From Gammaproteobacteria bacterium (GTDB lineage: Bacteria > Pseudomonadota > Gammaproteobacteria > UBA4575): 64,000 nt of DNA. The stretch is taken from positions 288,001 to 352,000 of the forward strand of contig CBDCTA010000022.1 in the NCBI GenBank assembly GCA_965221955.1. Reading direction: 5' to 3'. The translations under genes were made by a program, and so were the position numbers. Positions within the stretch are counted from its first letter, which is position 1, and every line of letters begins with the position of its first letter. This document shows positions 33,524-44,844 of the stretch, piece by piece. The notes under the pieces are model-generated. The model did not search any database. It was not told the origin of the DNA and worked only from the letters and a program-made list of their open reading frames with translations.

Positions 33524-34912
33524 TTATTTTTTATTTTGATTCTCTGTCGCTAGATTCGTTCCAAATAGAAGACCGCTTTTACGCCATAAATAAATCGCTA
33601 ACAAAATTGCAGGCACACCTAGCAAACCAGCATAAATGAAAAAGTGGATATAACCATATCCGTCGACAATTTTGCCTGAAAAGCCGCCAATGAATTTGGC
33701 TGGAAGTAGCATTAATGAACTAAACAAAGCATATTGAGTAGCAGTGTACGCACGATTCGTAAGACTGGATAAATACGCGATGAAAGCAGAGCCTGCGATA
33801 CCTCCACTTAAATTGTCCGCAGTAATCACCAAAGCAAGTAAAACAATTTCAGGTCCTTGAGTGGCTAACCAGGCAAATATTAAATTAGTTATAACAACCA
33901 GAATAGCGGAGACAATCAGCATACGCATTACGCCATAACGCATGACGAATACGCCACCTAGTAGTGCGCCAATGATAGTTACAATTACGCCAAACGTTTT
34001 AGACACTAACCCAATTTGTGTTTCAGTGTAGCCCATGTCTGCATAAAAAGGGCCTGACATCACGCCCATTGTGATATCACTAATTCGAAACAATCCGATA
34101 AACAATAAAATTAAAATCGCAGCAGCACCATTACGTGAGAAGAAATCAACAAACGGGCAGATAACCGCGCCGATTATCCATGCAATGAATTTACGAATGC
34201 CGTTAGGTAAATGAGAAGAGCCTTCTAAAAACTGTATAACACGTTTTTCTTGTTGCCAGGTTTGTTGAGAAACGTGTCTGGTAGGTTCTGCAATCAGTAA
34301 AGTGGTAACCATACCAATTAACATTGCACAACCCATTACGAAATAAGCGGTACTCCATGAATAACTACCGGCAATTAAAAATGCACCGCCCCCAGCTAAA
34401 ATTAAACCGAGTCGATAACCAAGCTGATAAGTACCTGCCATTGCGCCTTGTAGATCCACATCGACAGCTTCAATACGCCATGCATCAATACTGATGTCTT
34501 GTGTGGCAGAGGAAAATGCGACGAGTAATGCTGCCAAAACTAATATCGGAAGTTGTGAACTGGGGCTATTGCTCGCCATCATCCATAGCCCCACTAACAC
34601 ACCAATTTGTGCCAGCAACATCCAACTGCGTCGTTGTCCTAGCCAGTTTGTTAATAAAGGAAGCTGTAGGCGATCAACTAAAGGTGCCCAAATAAATTTA
34701 AAGCCATAAAGAATAGCAACCCAAGAAATGTAGCCAATTGTAGTTCGATCAATGCCTTCTTTTCGCAACCAAAAAGATAAGGTGCCAAATACTAAGGATA
34801 ATGGAAGGCCGGCGGAGAAACCAAGAAACAACATGGCAAACACACGCGGATGCAAATAAACACGAAAAGATTGCAACCAAGAGTGGTTTTCAGATGTTTC
34901 TAGTTCATTCAC
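33524..34912 (-). CDS. ampG: AmpG muropeptide MFS permease
   Basis: LGFSAGLP, KFIWAPLVD, GQRRSWML, SATQDISIDAWRIE, YTATQYALFSSL. Confidence 0.95.
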   Translation of the reverse strand: MNELETSENHSWLQSFRVYLHPRVFAMLFLGFSAGLPLSLVFGTLSFWLRKEGIDRTTIGYISWVAILYGFKFIWAPLVDRLQLPLLTNWLGQRRSWMLLAQIGVLVGLWMMASNSPSSQLPILVLAALLVAFSSATQDISIDAWRIEAVDVDLQGAMAGTYQLGYRLGLILAGGGAFLIAGSYSWSTAYFVMGCAMLIGMVTTLLIAEPTRHVSQQTWQQEKRVIQFLEGSSHLPNGIRKFIAWIIGAVICPFVDFFSRNGAAAILILLFIGLFRISDITMGVMSGPFYADMGYTETQIGLVSKTFGVIVTIIGALLGGVFVMRYGVMRMLIVSAILVVITNLIFAWLATQGPEIVLLALVITADNLSGGIAGSAFIAYLSSLTNRAYTATQYALFSSLMLLPAKFIGGFSGKIVDGYGYIHFFIYAGLLGVPAILLAIYLWRKSGLLFGTNLATENQNKK

Positions 34913-35685
34913 ATTGATAATGTATAGTCGATGCTTAAAGGCGCATGATCAGAAAAACGCTGGGTTTTATAAATACTAACTTTTTTAGCAGCATTTTTAA
35001 GTTTTGGTGATGCAATATGGTAGTCGATACGCCAACCTACGTTTTTTGCCCAGGCTTGCCCACGATTCGACCACCAGGTGTATTGATCTTCTTTTTGATT
35101 AATTTCTCGAAATACATCAATATAACCAACTTCATCAAACAAAGCATCTAACCAAGCACGTTCTTCAGGTAAGAAACCGGAGTTTTTCTGGTTGCCACGC
35201 CAGTTTTTTAAATCGATTTCTTTATGTGCAATGTTCCAGTCTCCACAAATTATATAATCTTTACGACGACGCTTTAGGTTTTTTAAATGCTGCATAAATG
35301 AATCCATAAAACGAAACTTAGCTTGTTGACGCTCCTCGCTAGAAGAACCTGAAGGTGCATATAGAGACACAACGGCTAATTTGGCGAACTGTAGTTCCAA
35401 GTAGCGACCTTCATTATCAAATTCATCATCACCGTATTTGCGGATAATTTTTTTAGGTTCGTGCTTGCTATAAACCGCAACACCGCTATAGCCTTTTTTT
35501 TCAGCGTCCACATAATAACAGTGATAACCCTTGGGGAAATATATAGGATCTTCTTCGAGTTGGTGTATTTGTGCTTTAGTTTCTTGCACACACACCACAT
35601 CTGCCTTTTGTTTTTTTAACCAGTCGAAAAAGCCTTTACGTGCAGCAGCACGGATACCATTAACGTTGATGGTAATAATGCGCAT
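34909..35685 (-). CDS. Exodeoxyribonuclease III family protein (Crc-locus paralog)
   Basis: N.NGIRAA, VQETK, GDWNIAH, YTWWS.R, GWRIDY, FSDHAP; divergent from pyrE. Confidence 0.92.
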   Translation of the reverse strand: MRIITINVNGIRAAARKGFFDWLKKQKADVVCVQETKAQIHQLEEDPIYFPKGYHCYYVDAEKKGYSGVAVYSKHEPKKIIRKYGDDEFDNEGRYLELQFAKLAVVSLYAPSGSSSEERQQAKFRFMDSFMQHLKNLKRRRKDYIICGDWNIAHKEIDLKNWRGNQKNSGFLPEERAWLDALFDEVGYIDVFREINQKEDQYTWWSNRGQAWAKNVGWRIDYHIASPKLKNAAKKVSIYKTQRFSDHAPLSIDYTLSM

Positions 35686-35772
35686 AGTCAAAACAGATTA
35701 GTCCAAATGAAGATAGTTTTTAGTACACTAGCAAAGATCAATCGAGAAAAATATCCAGCTAGAAAGTTCAGT

Positions 35773-36432
35773 ATGAAAAATAGTTCTAAGTTTATTCAGT
35801 TTGCAGTTGAGCATGGTGTATTACAGTTTGGCGAGTTTACACTTAAATCAGGACGGGTAAGCCCTTATTTTTTTAATGCTGGGTTATTTAATGATGGTCA
35901 AGCATTGGATCACTTGAGCCGGTTTTATGCGCAAGCCATTGTAGATGCGAAGTTAGATTTTGATATGTTGTTCGGGCCTGCCTATAAAGGCATTCCACTT
36001 GTAACGGCGGTAGCGATGACCTTATCGCGCGATCATGGAAAAAATTATCCCTATGCGTTTAATCGCAAAGAAGTAAAAAAACACGGCGATGGCGGCCAAA
36101 TTGTGGGCGCACCTCTCGCAGGAAAAATACTCATCATTGACGATGTCATCACAGCCGGTACTGCTATCAACGAAGCAGCAGAAATCATTGCTCAAGTAGA
36201 TGTCACTGCTGAGATTCAAGGTGTCGTGATTGCCTTTGACCGACAAGAAATGGGCAAGAATCTATCTTTATCAGCTGTGCAACAAGTTGAGCAGGATTTG
36301 GGTATTTCTGTATTCTCTGTCGCAAGTGCTGGAGAATTAATCGAATATGCTGAGACGAATAATGTGTATGGCGAGCACCTCGTCTCATTGAAAAGCTACC
36401 TAAACAAATACCAAGCTAAAACCATACAATAA
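35773..36432 (+). CDS. pyrE: Orotate phosphoribosyltransferase
   Basis: FTLKSGR.SPYFFN, FGPAYKGIP, NRKE.K.HG.GG, IIDDVITAGT. Start placed at MKNSSK; the ORF is open from 35707. Confidence 0.97.
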   Translation: MKNSSKFIQFAVEHGVLQFGEFTLKSGRVSPYFFNAGLFNDGQALDHLSRFYAQAIVDAKLDFDMLFGPAYKGIPLVTAVAMTLSRDHGKNYPYAFNRKEVKKHGDGGQIVGAPLAGKILIIDDVITAGTAINEAAEIIAQVDVTAEIQGVVIAFDRQEMGKNLSLSAVQQVEQDLGISVFSVASAGELIEYAETNNVYGEHLVSLKSYLNKYQAKTIQ

Positions 36433-36612
36433 TCATGGTTATTGGTTTGGGATAATCCCCTTATTTGTCGTCATGTCTATATGACGAGTGAGCAAAGTTT
36501 GGCGATTAAATTATCGTTTAAGCCTCAAAGTAATTACCAATTGATAGTAAAATTTCTTGTAAGTATAAAGTACTGACTTACATACAAGTCAGCAAAACAG
36601 CTATACAAAAAT

Positions 36613-37239
36613 ATGTTGCAATCGAAAATACTCATCGGTTTATTATCCATCCTTAGTTTGGCTGGCATAGCGAATGCCGAGTTTTACCGTTGGGTCGATG
36701 ATACCGGTACGATCCACTATAGCGATAAGCTCCCTCCCACTGAATCACAACGAGAACAAGATTTATTGAATGACCATGGCCGAGTAGTGAAGAATATCCC
36801 TGCACCAAAAACCATGGGCGAGATCGAAGAAGAAAAGCGTCTTGCAAAATTAGCTGAGGAAAAACGTAAAAAAGTCGAAGAAGCTGAGCGTCGTGATCGA
36901 GTCTTAATGGCAATGTATTTGACGGTTGAGGATATAGAGCTTGTGCGTGATGAGAGAATCGAAACGGTAGATTCAGCAATTCGAATTACCCAATTACGTA
37001 AAGATAAATTTACTAAAAAACTTAATGAGTTAGATGAGTCTGAGCAAAGATTATTAGCAAACGGGAATGACACCCCTCCATGGTTAATTAAAAGCCGTAA
37101 ACATTATCAAGAACAACTTGCAAATGTTGAAGACATTCTTGCTATAAAAGAACGAGAAAAGTTAAAGATTAAGAAACGCTTTGCGGGCGATATTAATCGC
37201 TATTTGGAATTAAAAGACCCTGAATTAGCGGCTGATTAG
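36613..37239 (+). CDS. DUF4124 domain exported protein
   Basis: Signal peptide, then YRWVDD.G.IHYSD..P and coiled coils. Confidence 0.85.
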   Translation: MLQSKILIGLLSILSLAGIANAEFYRWVDDTGTIHYSDKLPPTESQREQDLLNDHGRVVKNIPAPKTMGEIEEEKRLAKLAEEKRKKVEEAERRDRVLMAMYLTVEDIELVRDERIETVDSAIRITQLRKDKFTKKLNELDESEQRLLANGNDTPPWLIKSRKHYQEQLANVEDILAIKEREKLKIKKRFAGDINRYLELKDPELAAD

Positions 37240-38085
37240 AGTGCCTACACCTTGGTCGGTGAGCAATTCCAATAAAACAGCATGCTGTACACGCCCATCA
37301 ATAATGTGGGCAGCATTCACTCCCGATGAAATCGCATCCCACGCACACCTTACTTTTGGCAGCATCCCACCTTTAATCACTTCATTTGCGATCAAAGTTT
37401 CAATTTCCTGATATTTAAGCCCAGTTAAAAGCTCACCATCATTTTGCACACCAGGTGTGTTAGTAAGCAATATTAATTTTTCTGCTTGCAAGGCCATTGC
37501 TATATGTCCAGCGACAAGATCAGCGTTGATATTTAATGATTCATTATTTTCACCTGCACCGATGGGCGCAATCACGGGAATTAATTGCTCTTTGTTTAAG
37601 TGTGTAAATATATCTGTGGCGACTTTGCGGATTTCGCCCACATGACCTAGATCCGCCGAACTATTTTCAAGCTGCATGCGTTTGGCAGAAATCAAATTAT
37701 TATCTTTTCCTGAAATGCCCTTTGCGGTACCACCATGTTGGTGAATTAGATCTACGATCTCTTTATTTACTACATTACATAGTACCTCTTCAACGATGCG
37801 CATTGCCTCGTCATCTGTAACACGCATGCCTTGGATAAATTCAGATTTTTTACCTTGTTTTTCTAAGGCTTGACCAATTTGTGGGCCACCACCATGCACG
37901 ACGATAGGATTAATGCCGACTTGCTTGAGTAACACCATGTCACGCGCAAAACTGCTTTTTAAATCCTCATCTACCATTGCGTTACCGCCATATTTAATGA
38001 CGATGGCTTTACCAGAAAATTTTTGAATATAAGGCAAAGCCTCAGTTAACACTCTGGCAATAGTTTCTGCATTGCTTGATTTCAT
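37225..38085 (-). CDS. argB: Acetylglutamate kinase
   Basis: [28 protein letters not shown]. Confidence 0.98.
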   Translation of the reverse strand: MKSSNAETIARVLTEALPYIQKFSGKAIVIKYGGNAMVDEDLKSSFARDMVLLKQVGINPIVVHGGGPQIGQALEKQGKKSEFIQGMRVTDDEAMRIVEEVLCNVVNKEIVDLIHQHGGTAKGISGKDNNLISAKRMQLENSSADLGHVGEIRKVATDIFTHLNKEQLIPVIAPIGAGENNESLNINADLVAGHIAMALQAEKLILLTNTPGVQNDGELLTGLKYQEIETLIANEVIKGGMLPKVRCAWDAISSGVNAAHIIDGRVQHAVLLELLTDQGVGTLISR

Positions 38086-38125
38086 GTTTTGGGTTTTATA
38101 TTTAGAAAGTTAAACTGAAGACGAA

Positions 38126-39496
38126 TTAAAATGGAAGCTGAATGCTAGCATCAGTCTTCGCCATTTGCTGGCGAAAATCATTTTTAATTTCTTCAATTAT
38201 ATTTTCATCATCTGCTTCAAAGCGAATAACCAAAGACGGAGTGGTGTTAGATGCGCGCACTAAACCCCAACCATTATCATAATCTGCACGAATGCCATCA
38301 ATCTTCGTAATCTGAGCGTTAGGAAAGTTTGCAGTCCTTGCAAACTTCTCGATAAAAGAATGTTGTGCACCGTCTTCATCAAAATGCACATTGATTTCAG
38401 GGGTGCTGAGAGAATTTGGCAAGATTGCAAACAGCTCGCTACTCGATAATTCTTGTTTAGTAATGATTTCTAGTAAGCGAGCGGCACTGTAGAGTGCATC
38501 GTCAAACCCATACCATCTTTCTTTGAAAAAGATGTGCCCACTCATTTCTCCGGCTAATTCAGCACCTGTTTCTAGCATTTTGTTTTTGATAAAAGAGTGT
38601 CCGGTTTTCCACATAATCGCTTCACCACCAGCTTCATCAATCACTTTGGCTAAATTTCTGGAAGATTTCACATCAAAGATAATTTTTGCGCCAGGCTTTC
38701 TGGATAAAACATCTTGTGCATACAACATCATTTGCCTATCTGCCCAAAGGATTTCGCCTTTGTTATCAATGACTCCCACACGATCACCGTCGCCGTCAAA
38801 CGCTAAACCTAACTCTAGATTATTTTCCAGCACACAAGTGATTAAATCTTGCAGATTTTTAGGTTCACTAGGATTTGGATGGTGGTTTGGGAAATTACCA
38901 TCTACATCGCAATATAAAGGAAAAAGAGTACAGCCGAGTTTTTCAAATATCTTTACTGCAGTAGGCCCTGCAACACCGTTGCCACAGTCAATTGCGATAT
39001 TTAATGTACGCGATAGTTTTACATCATCACAAATTCTTGTGATGTATTGGTCTAAGAGACCTTGTTGTTGAATGCTACCCGTACCCGTTTTTAGTTGTTC
39101 ACTTATAATGCACTGGTAAATAGCTTGGATGTCTTCGCCATGTAAGGTTTTACCATCCATAACCATTTTCAGGCCGTTATATTCAGGTGGGTTGTGACTA
39201 CCCGTAACCATTACACCTGCACCAGTGTTGAGTTGATGTGTGGCGTAATACAATACTGGAGTGGGCACTTCTCCAATATCAATGACCTCGCAACCACTGG
39301 CTTTTAAGCCTTGACTCAAGCTTTCGACTAATGCTTGACTGGAGTTTCTGCCATCCCTACCGACTACGACAGTTTTGCTATTTGGATATAGGCTCCCTAG
39401 TGCTTGCCCAACTAAGCTCACTACTTCGGGTCTTAAAGCGGTTTCAACCACTCCGCGAATATCATAGGCACGGAAAATATGTGGGTCTATGTTCAT
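38126..39496 (-). CDS. algC: Phosphomannomutase/phosphoglucomutase (AlgC-like)
   Basis: FRAYDIRG, TGSHNP, FDGDGDR, GEMSGH, RASNT. Confidence 0.93.
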   Translation of the reverse strand: MNIDPHIFRAYDIRGVVETALRPEVVSLVGQALGSLYPNSKTVVVGRDGRNSSQALVESLSQGLKASGCEVIDIGEVPTPVLYYATHQLNTGAGVMVTGSHNPPEYNGLKMVMDGKTLHGEDIQAIYQCIISEQLKTGTGSIQQQGLLDQYITRICDDVKLSRTLNIAIDCGNGVAGPTAVKIFEKLGCTLFPLYCDVDGNFPNHHPNPSEPKNLQDLITCVLENNLELGLAFDGDGDRVGVIDNKGEILWADRQMMLYAQDVLSRKPGAKIIFDVKSSRNLAKVIDEAGGEAIMWKTGHSFIKNKMLETGAELAGEMSGHIFFKERWYGFDDALYSAARLLEIITKQELSSSELFAILPNSLSTPEINVHFDEDGAQHSFIEKFARTANFPNAQITKIDGIRADYDNGWGLVRASNTTPSLVIRFEADDENIIEEIKNDFRQQMAKTDASIQLPF

Positions 39497-39543
39497 AGAG
39501 TTTTATGCAATTGAACTTGAAAGAGCCGTAAAGATAGCAAAAA

Positions 39544-40017
39544 CTATCCAGTACCTGTGTGACCAAAGCCACCTTCGCCTCGATCCGATGCAGTAAATTC
39601 TTCTACAATTTCAAATTCAGTTTGCACAATGGGCACTATCACTAGTTGCGCAATGCGATCACCGACATTGATTTCAAAACTTTCAGTGCCACGATTCCAA
39701 AGCGAAACCATTAACGGACCTTGATAATCTGAATCGATTAAACCTACAAGATTACCAAGCACGATACCGTGCTTATGTCCTAAACCAGAACGTGGCAAGA
39801 TTGTTGCAGCAAGATTTGGATCTTGAATGTAAATTGAAATACCCGTTGGTATGAGAATGGTTTCTCCAGGTTTAATCTGTAAAGTGTTTTCCACGCAAGC
39901 ACGCAAATCCATACCGGCTGAACCGGCGGTTGCATAAGTGGGTAGTGGTATTTCTTTGCCGATTCGGCTATCGAGTATTTTGACTTCGGTCTTTTGTATT
40001 TTTAAGGACTGTGACAT
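39544..40017 (-). CDS. dut: dUTP diphosphatase
   Basis: [32 protein letters not shown]. Start placed at MSQS. Confidence 0.97.
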   Translation of the reverse strand: MSQSLKIQKTEVKILDSRIGKEIPLPTYATAGSAGMDLRACVENTLQIKPGETILIPTGISIYIQDPNLAATILPRSGLGHKHGIVLGNLVGLIDSDYQGPLMVSLWNRGTESFEINVGDRIAQLVIVPIVQTEFEIVEEFTASDRGEGGFGHTGTG

Positions 40018-41227
40018 TGCTTCTCTTATGTGTGTTTGCGTAACGTTCAGCAATCAGGCTGACTAGCCTGCGTGCAATTTTTGTTTTTGTATCACGCTCA
40101 AGTGAGCAATGTCCACCTGGCCAGTACACTTCTAAAGCATTTTCTTTACTATCGAAACCAATGTTGTGATCAGAAACATCATTGCCAGCAATCATATCAA
40201 GGCGTTTGCGTTGTAATTTTTGTACCGCGTATTTTTCTAGCTCACGCGTTTCAGCAGCAAAACCCACTACAAACGGTTTATTCTTTGATTTAGCGACTTC
40301 AGCAATAATGTCAGGATTACGTACCAGCTCAACAGATAAATCATCATGTAGCTTTTTTATTTTTTCTGGTTGTTTTGTCACCGGCCGGTAATCTGCAACG
40401 GCAGCACAGCTAATAAAAATTTGTTGTGCTTCAACATTGTCTTGCACGGCATTAAACATGTCTTGCGCAGTCGCAACAGAAATACATTCGATTCCTTCAG
40501 GCTGTGCTAAGGCCACTGGGCCAGAAATCAATTGCACAAGTGCTCCTGCATCATGTGCAGCTTCAGCGATAGCATAACCCATCCGCCCTGAACTGCGATT
40601 ACTGATAAAACGTACGGGATCAATTGGTTCTTGAGTGGGTCCTGCAGTAACCATGACATTGAGACCCGTGAGCTCGCCGGTATTAAATAAATTACTTAAA
40701 GAAAGCAGTAACTGATGAGGTTCAAACATTCGTCCTTCACCTACATCTCCACAAGCTTGTGAACCTGCAGCCGGTCCAAAAAATAATATTCCACGTTTTT
40801 CTAAGATTTCAACATTGTCTTGTGTGGCATGGTTTGACCACATGACTTGATTCATTGCAGGAGCTAAAGTAATAGGTGCCTGCGTTGCAAGACATATTGT
40901 ACTGAGTAAATCGTCTGCATCACCGTGAGTGAGTTTGGCAATGGTGTTGGCACTTGCGGGTGCAATTAGTATGACATCCGCCCAACGCGCTAGTGCGATA
41001 TGATCCATACCATTAGCTGCCTCTGTCTGCTCGAATTCATCTGATAAAACAGCATTTCCAGATAAAGCTTGAAAGGTGAGAGGTGTGACAAACTCTTTGG
41101 CAGAGCGCGTCATCACAACACGCACATTGGCATGTGCACGCACCAGTTCACGCACGAGTTCTGCGCTTTTATAAGCTGCAATACCACCGCTTATACCTAG
41201 TAGAATATTTTTATTGCCTAAAGACAT
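39968..41227 (-). CDS. coaBC: Phosphopantothenoylcysteine decarboxylase/ligase
   Basis: [49 protein letters not shown]. Confidence 0.98.
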   Translation of the reverse strand: MSLGNKNILLGISGGIAAYKSAELVRELVRAHANVRVVMTRSAKEFVTPLTFQALSGNAVLSDEFEQTEAANGMDHIALARWADVILIAPASANTIAKLTHGDADDLLSTICLATQAPITLAPAMNQVMWSNHATQDNVEILEKRGILFFGPAAGSQACGDVGEGRMFEPHQLLLSLSNLFNTGELTGLNVMVTAGPTQEPIDPVRFISNRSSGRMGYAIAEAAHDAGALVQLISGPVALAQPEGIECISVATAQDMFNAVQDNVEAQQIFISCAAVADYRPVTKQPEKIKKLHDDLSVELVRNPDIIAEVAKSKNKPFVVGFAAETRELEKYAVQKLQRKRLDMIAGNDVSDHNIGFDSKENALEVYWPGGHCSLERDTKTKIARRLVSLIAERYANTHKRSNVTVLKNTKDRSQNTR

Positions 41228-41368
41228 AGCAATTAGTCTACCAAAGATAGTCTTGAAGATGGTTTAATTCTAACCACATTTTACCAAGTGCTTACAGCCA
41301 TTGGTCAAGATCGGCTTATTAATATCAAAGGTTTATAAAAAACCGTTAGGAATAACAAAGGGTAAACT

Positions 41369-42040
41369 ATGGGGATTTCAGATTGGCCAGAGGGAGAAAG
41401 ACCTCGTGAACGGTTATTGCAACAAGGCGCTGATGTGCTTTCCGATGCAGAGCTGTTAGCCATTTTTTTGCGCACAGGTGTTAAAGGTAAGTCTGCGGTT
41501 GATTTAGCGCGTGATCTGCTAAACGAATTTGGCGATTTGCGGCATTTACTATGCGCAGATGAAAAAACCTTTTGCCTCGCAAAAGGTTTGGGGCAGGCTA
41601 AATATGTACAGCTACAAGCTAGTCTTGAAATGTCACGACGATTTTTGCGTGAGTCAATCGATAGGGAAGGACCTCTATCAAATCCTGATGATGCTAAAGA
41701 ATTTTTATTAATGAAAATGCGTGATTATGAAAAAGAAGTGTTTGCTTGTTTATTTTTAGATACTAAAAATTGTGTTATTGAGTTTGAAGAATTATTTGCT
41801 GGAAGTTTGCATAGTGCAGAAGTACATTCACGAGAAGTGGTTAAGCAAGCATTAAAACACAATGCAAACGCAATTATCCTTGCGCATAATCATCCTTCAG
41901 GTGACGCTAAACCTAGCCAAGCGGATATTGAAATCACGCATACCCTTAATGACGCCTTAGCACTTATGGAAATTAAGGTGTTAGATCATTTAATTATTGG
42001 CAATGATGTTACGTCACTTGCCGAATTAGGCTATTTTTAA
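41369..42040 (+). CDS. radC: RadC/JAB-domain protein
   Basis: PRERL...G...LSDAELLA, AHNHPSG...PS.AD, LDH; divergent from coaBC. Confidence 0.96.
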   Translation: MGISDWPEGERPRERLLQQGADVLSDAELLAIFLRTGVKGKSAVDLARDLLNEFGDLRHLLCADEKTFCLAKGLGQAKYVQLQASLEMSRRFLRESIDREGPLSNPDDAKEFLLMKMRDYEKEVFACLFLDTKNCVIEFEELFAGSLHSAEVHSREVVKQALKHNANAIILAHNHPSGDAKPSQADIEITHTLNDALALMEIKVLDHLIIGNDVTSLAELGYF

Positions 42041-42056
42041 AGAAGCTACAGACAAA

Positions 42057-42088
42057 AAAGCCTGCACATTTAAAAATGTGCAGGCTTT
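42057..42088. terminator. Bidirectional intrinsic terminator between radC and mscL
   Basis: AAAGCCTGCACATTT-AA-AAATGTGCAGGCTTT, a perfect 15-bp stem between convergent genes. Confidence 0.85.
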
Positions 42089-42123
42089 ATAAACTGAAAA
42101 TTAATTCGGACTATTATTTTAGT

Positions 42124-42504
42124 TTATTTTTTTAAGCTGTCACGAATCTCACGTAGCAAAACAATATCTTCTGGTGGCGCCGCAGGCTTTTCTTCTTCTT
42201 TTTTCTTCATGCTATTCACCGCTTTGATAATCATGAAAATTACAAAAGAAATAATTAAGAAATTAATTAATGCTTGAATAAATGCGCCGTAACCAAATTT
42301 TGCTGCATCTTCACCTTCACCTAGTGGAACAGCAAGATGAGTGAAATCGATGCCGCCGGTAAACAGACCAATGATCGGCATAATGAGATCATCAACCATT
42401 GATCCCACTACTGCGGTTACGGCTGCGCCGATGATAATGCCGGTGGCCATATCCATCATGTTGCCTTTAGTAACGAATTCCTTAAATTCACTTACCATAC
42501 CCAT
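42124..42504 (-). CDS. mscL: Large-conductance mechanosensitive channel
   Basis: EFKEF..KGN..D.A.G.IIG.A, YG.FI...INF, LL.EIRD.L. Confidence 0.97.
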   Translation of the reverse strand: MGMVSEFKEFVTKGNMMDMATGIIIGAAVTAVVGSMVDDLIMPIIGLFTGGIDFTHLAVPLGEGEDAAKFGYGAFIQALINFLIISFVIFMIIKAVNSMKKKEEEKPAAPPEDIVLLREIRDSLKK

Positions 42505-42619
42505 GATTATCCTCCTGAGTTTATTATTGTTATATGAGTGCTAGGCACTGTAATCAGCAATACCAGTAAATGCAAGTTAAGGCTATTGAAGCCTATATTG
42601 TTGATTACACAGAACTTAA

Positions 42620-43762
42620 TTATGAAAGTAGTTGTTCAAGCGCAATTATTAACTGATCAATATGGGCTTTAGTGTGTGTCGCACAAAGACTGATTCTTAG
42701 GCGCGCAGAATTTTTTGCAACGGTGGGTGGACGAATAGCGGGTACTAATATTCCAGTCTTTAGTAACTCATCGCTGATGGTAAGTGCTATTTCGCTGTTG
42801 CCCAGTATGATTGGCTGAATAGGTGTATTTGATTCAGTAACTGGTATTCCAGCCTCAACACATTGCTCATGAAAATATTGAGTTATTTCTTGTAATGCTT
42901 GTCTGCGCCAAACTTCTGTATGAATTAATTTCAAACTAGCACGTGTGGCTTCTGCAATAGCTGGCGGAAAAGCCGTTGTGTAAATATAACTATGCGCACG
43001 TTGTATTAACCATTCAATAATTTCTTGTTTTGCCGCAACGAAAGCGCCAAATGTACCAAATGCTTTACCAAGTGTGCCGACTAAAATAGTGTCGTCATCA
43101 AGTATGCGTTCGGTACAACCTTTGCCGTGTTTTCCTAAGACACCAACGCCATGCGCATCGTCGATGATAAGTCTTGCGTGGTACTTCTTTGAGATCGATT
43201 GTAGTTTACTTACTGGTGTGACAGTTCCATCCATACTAAATACACCATCAGATAAAATAATTTTACTAGTGGCATTACTGCCAGCAAGAAGTTTTTCTAA
43301 TTGCTCAATATTTAGATGCTCGTAGCGTTTTAATTTTGCGCGAGATAGAATTGCAGCGTCGTTTAACGATGCATGATTGAGCTTATCTGCAAAGATTGCG
43401 CTGTTGCGAGAAGCAAAAGAACTCACTACACCAAGATTGGCCATGTAACCCGTAGAAAATAACAATACTCTTTCGCAGCTTAAAAAGTCTGCAAGTTCCT
43501 TTTCTAAAGCAGCATGACTTTCGTGGTGTCCTGTTATTAAATGTGAGGCACCGGCGCCAACTCCATATTTTTTTAAAGCGTCTTGAAAGCGTTCTTTAAC
43601 TTTCGGGTGGTTGGCTAAGCCAAGATAATCATTACTGCAGAAAGATAAAACTTTTTTGCCGTCAATGATTGGCTCAATTTCTTGAGGAGATGATAATAAC
43701 CTGCGTGAACGAAAAAGGTTTTTTTCTTTCAGGCTATCTAGCTCGAGTGCTAGATCTTTCAT
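42620..43762 (-). CDS. bioF: 8-amino-7-oxononanoate synthase
   Basis: SNDYLGL, NHASL, DGVFSMDG, DDAHG, GTLGKAFG, AIRPPTV. Confidence 0.97.
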   Translation of the reverse strand: MKDLALELDSLKEKNLFRSRRLLSSPQEIEPIIDGKKVLSFCSNDYLGLANHPKVKERFQDALKKYGVGAGASHLITGHHESHAALEKELADFLSCERVLLFSTGYMANLGVVSSFASRNSAIFADKLNHASLNDAAILSRAKLKRYEHLNIEQLEKLLAGSNATSKIILSDGVFSMDGTVTPVSKLQSISKKYHARLIIDDAHGVGVLGKHGKGCTERILDDDTILVGTLGKAFGTFGAFVAAKQEIIEWLIQRAHSYIYTTAFPPAIAEATRASLKLIHTEVWRRQALQEITQYFHEQCVEAGIPVTESNTPIQPIILGNSEIALTISDELLKTGILVPAIRPPTVAKNSARLRISLCATHTKAHIDQLIIALEQLLS

Positions 43763-43773
43763 CTTAAAATTGA

Positions 43774-44763
43774 TTAATTTATGCTTGCGGTTTGTTGGTC
43801 TGGTGAATTTACTTGATCTGCTTGGATGCCAAGTTTATTAAATAAATTTTGGTCTTTAATGGTTGCGGGATTTTTTGCGGTTAATAAAGTTTCACCATAA
43901 AAAATAGAATTTGCGCCGGCAAAAAAGCACAAGGCTTGAGTTTGTTCATTCATATCTTCTCGTCCAGCAGATAAACGCACATAAGTTTTTGGCATAAGGA
44001 TGCGCGCAATGGCAATAGTGCGAATAAACTCAAATGGATCGAGTTTTTCAATGCCATCTAAAGGTGTACCCTTAATTTGAATCAGCATATTAATTGGCAC
44101 GGACTCTGGGTGTTGGGGCAAATTGGCAAGTTGCAATAATAAGCCTGCTCGGTCTTCGCGAGATTCGCCCATTCCCAAGATCCCGCCACTGCAAACATTA
44201 ATACCCGCATTACGCACATGTTCTAAAGTATCTAAACGATCTTGGTATGTGCGTGTAGTTATCACATTGCCGTAAAACTCAGGAGACGTGTCCAAATTAT
44301 GATTGTAATAATCCAAACCTGCTTGGCGTAAACGTTGTGCTTGCGACTTGGTTAACATGCCAATAGTGACACAGGATTCGAGTCCAAGGTCTTTTACGAG
44401 CTCGATCATCTGCACAATCAGTTCTAAATTTTTATCAGAAGGGTTGCGCCAAGCTGCACCCATACAAAACCGTGAAGCACCATTTTGTTTAGCGGCTTCA
44501 GCATGTTCTTTCACTTCTTCCAGGGGTAGTAAACGCTCTTTTTCTATGTCTGTGTCATAGTGTCCACTTTGTGGACAATAGGCACAGTCTTCTGAACAGG
44601 AACCAGTTTTGACTGAAAGCAATGTGCTGACTTGCACTTTATTTGGGTCATGGTGCTCACGAAAAATACGGTGAGCGATATACAGCAAGTCATTAAAAGG
44701 TAGCTGATATAGATCTAATACTTCATGTCTTTTCCAGTCGTTACGTATGGTTTCAGTTAGCAT
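43774..44763 (-). CDS. bioB: Biotin synthase
   Basis: Radical-SAM [33 protein letters not shown]. Start placed at MLTET. Confidence 0.98.
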   Translation of the reverse strand: MLTETIRNDWKRHEVLDLYQLPFNDLLYIAHRIFREHHDPNKVQVSTLLSVKTGSCSEDCAYCPQSGHYDTDIEKERLLPLEEVKEHAEAAKQNGASRFCMGAAWRNPSDKNLELIVQMIELVKDLGLESCVTIGMLTKSQAQRLRQAGLDYYNHNLDTSPEFYGNVITTRTYQDRLDTLEHVRNAGINVCSGGILGMGESREDRAGLLLQLANLPQHPESVPINMLIQIKGTPLDGIEKLDPFEFIRTIAIARILMPKTYVRLSAGREDMNEQTQALCFFAGANSIFYGETLLTAKNPATIKDQNLFNKLGIQADQVNSPDQQTASIN

Positions 44764-44809
44764 AATTTGATTCGGTATAATGATTGAGAATTCTTCAAGG
44801 GCTGGGGCC

Positions 44810-44837
44810 AGTCTAATCTTTTGCAGAGGGGTGTCAA
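44810..44837 (-). promoter_or_regulatory. Putative sigma70 promoter for bioB
   Basis: Minus strand TTGACA-16 nt-TAGACT, about 47 nt upstream of the ATG. Confidence 0.45.
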
Positions 44838-44844
44838 TAAAAGC

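Noticed and set aside
39968-40017. coaBC/dut overlap as another frameshift
   Set aside because: Both proteins are complete, and overlap of these two genes is common.
41369-42040. radC as a mobile-element marker
   Set aside because: It is the full-length chromosomal type at its usual position opposite coaBC.
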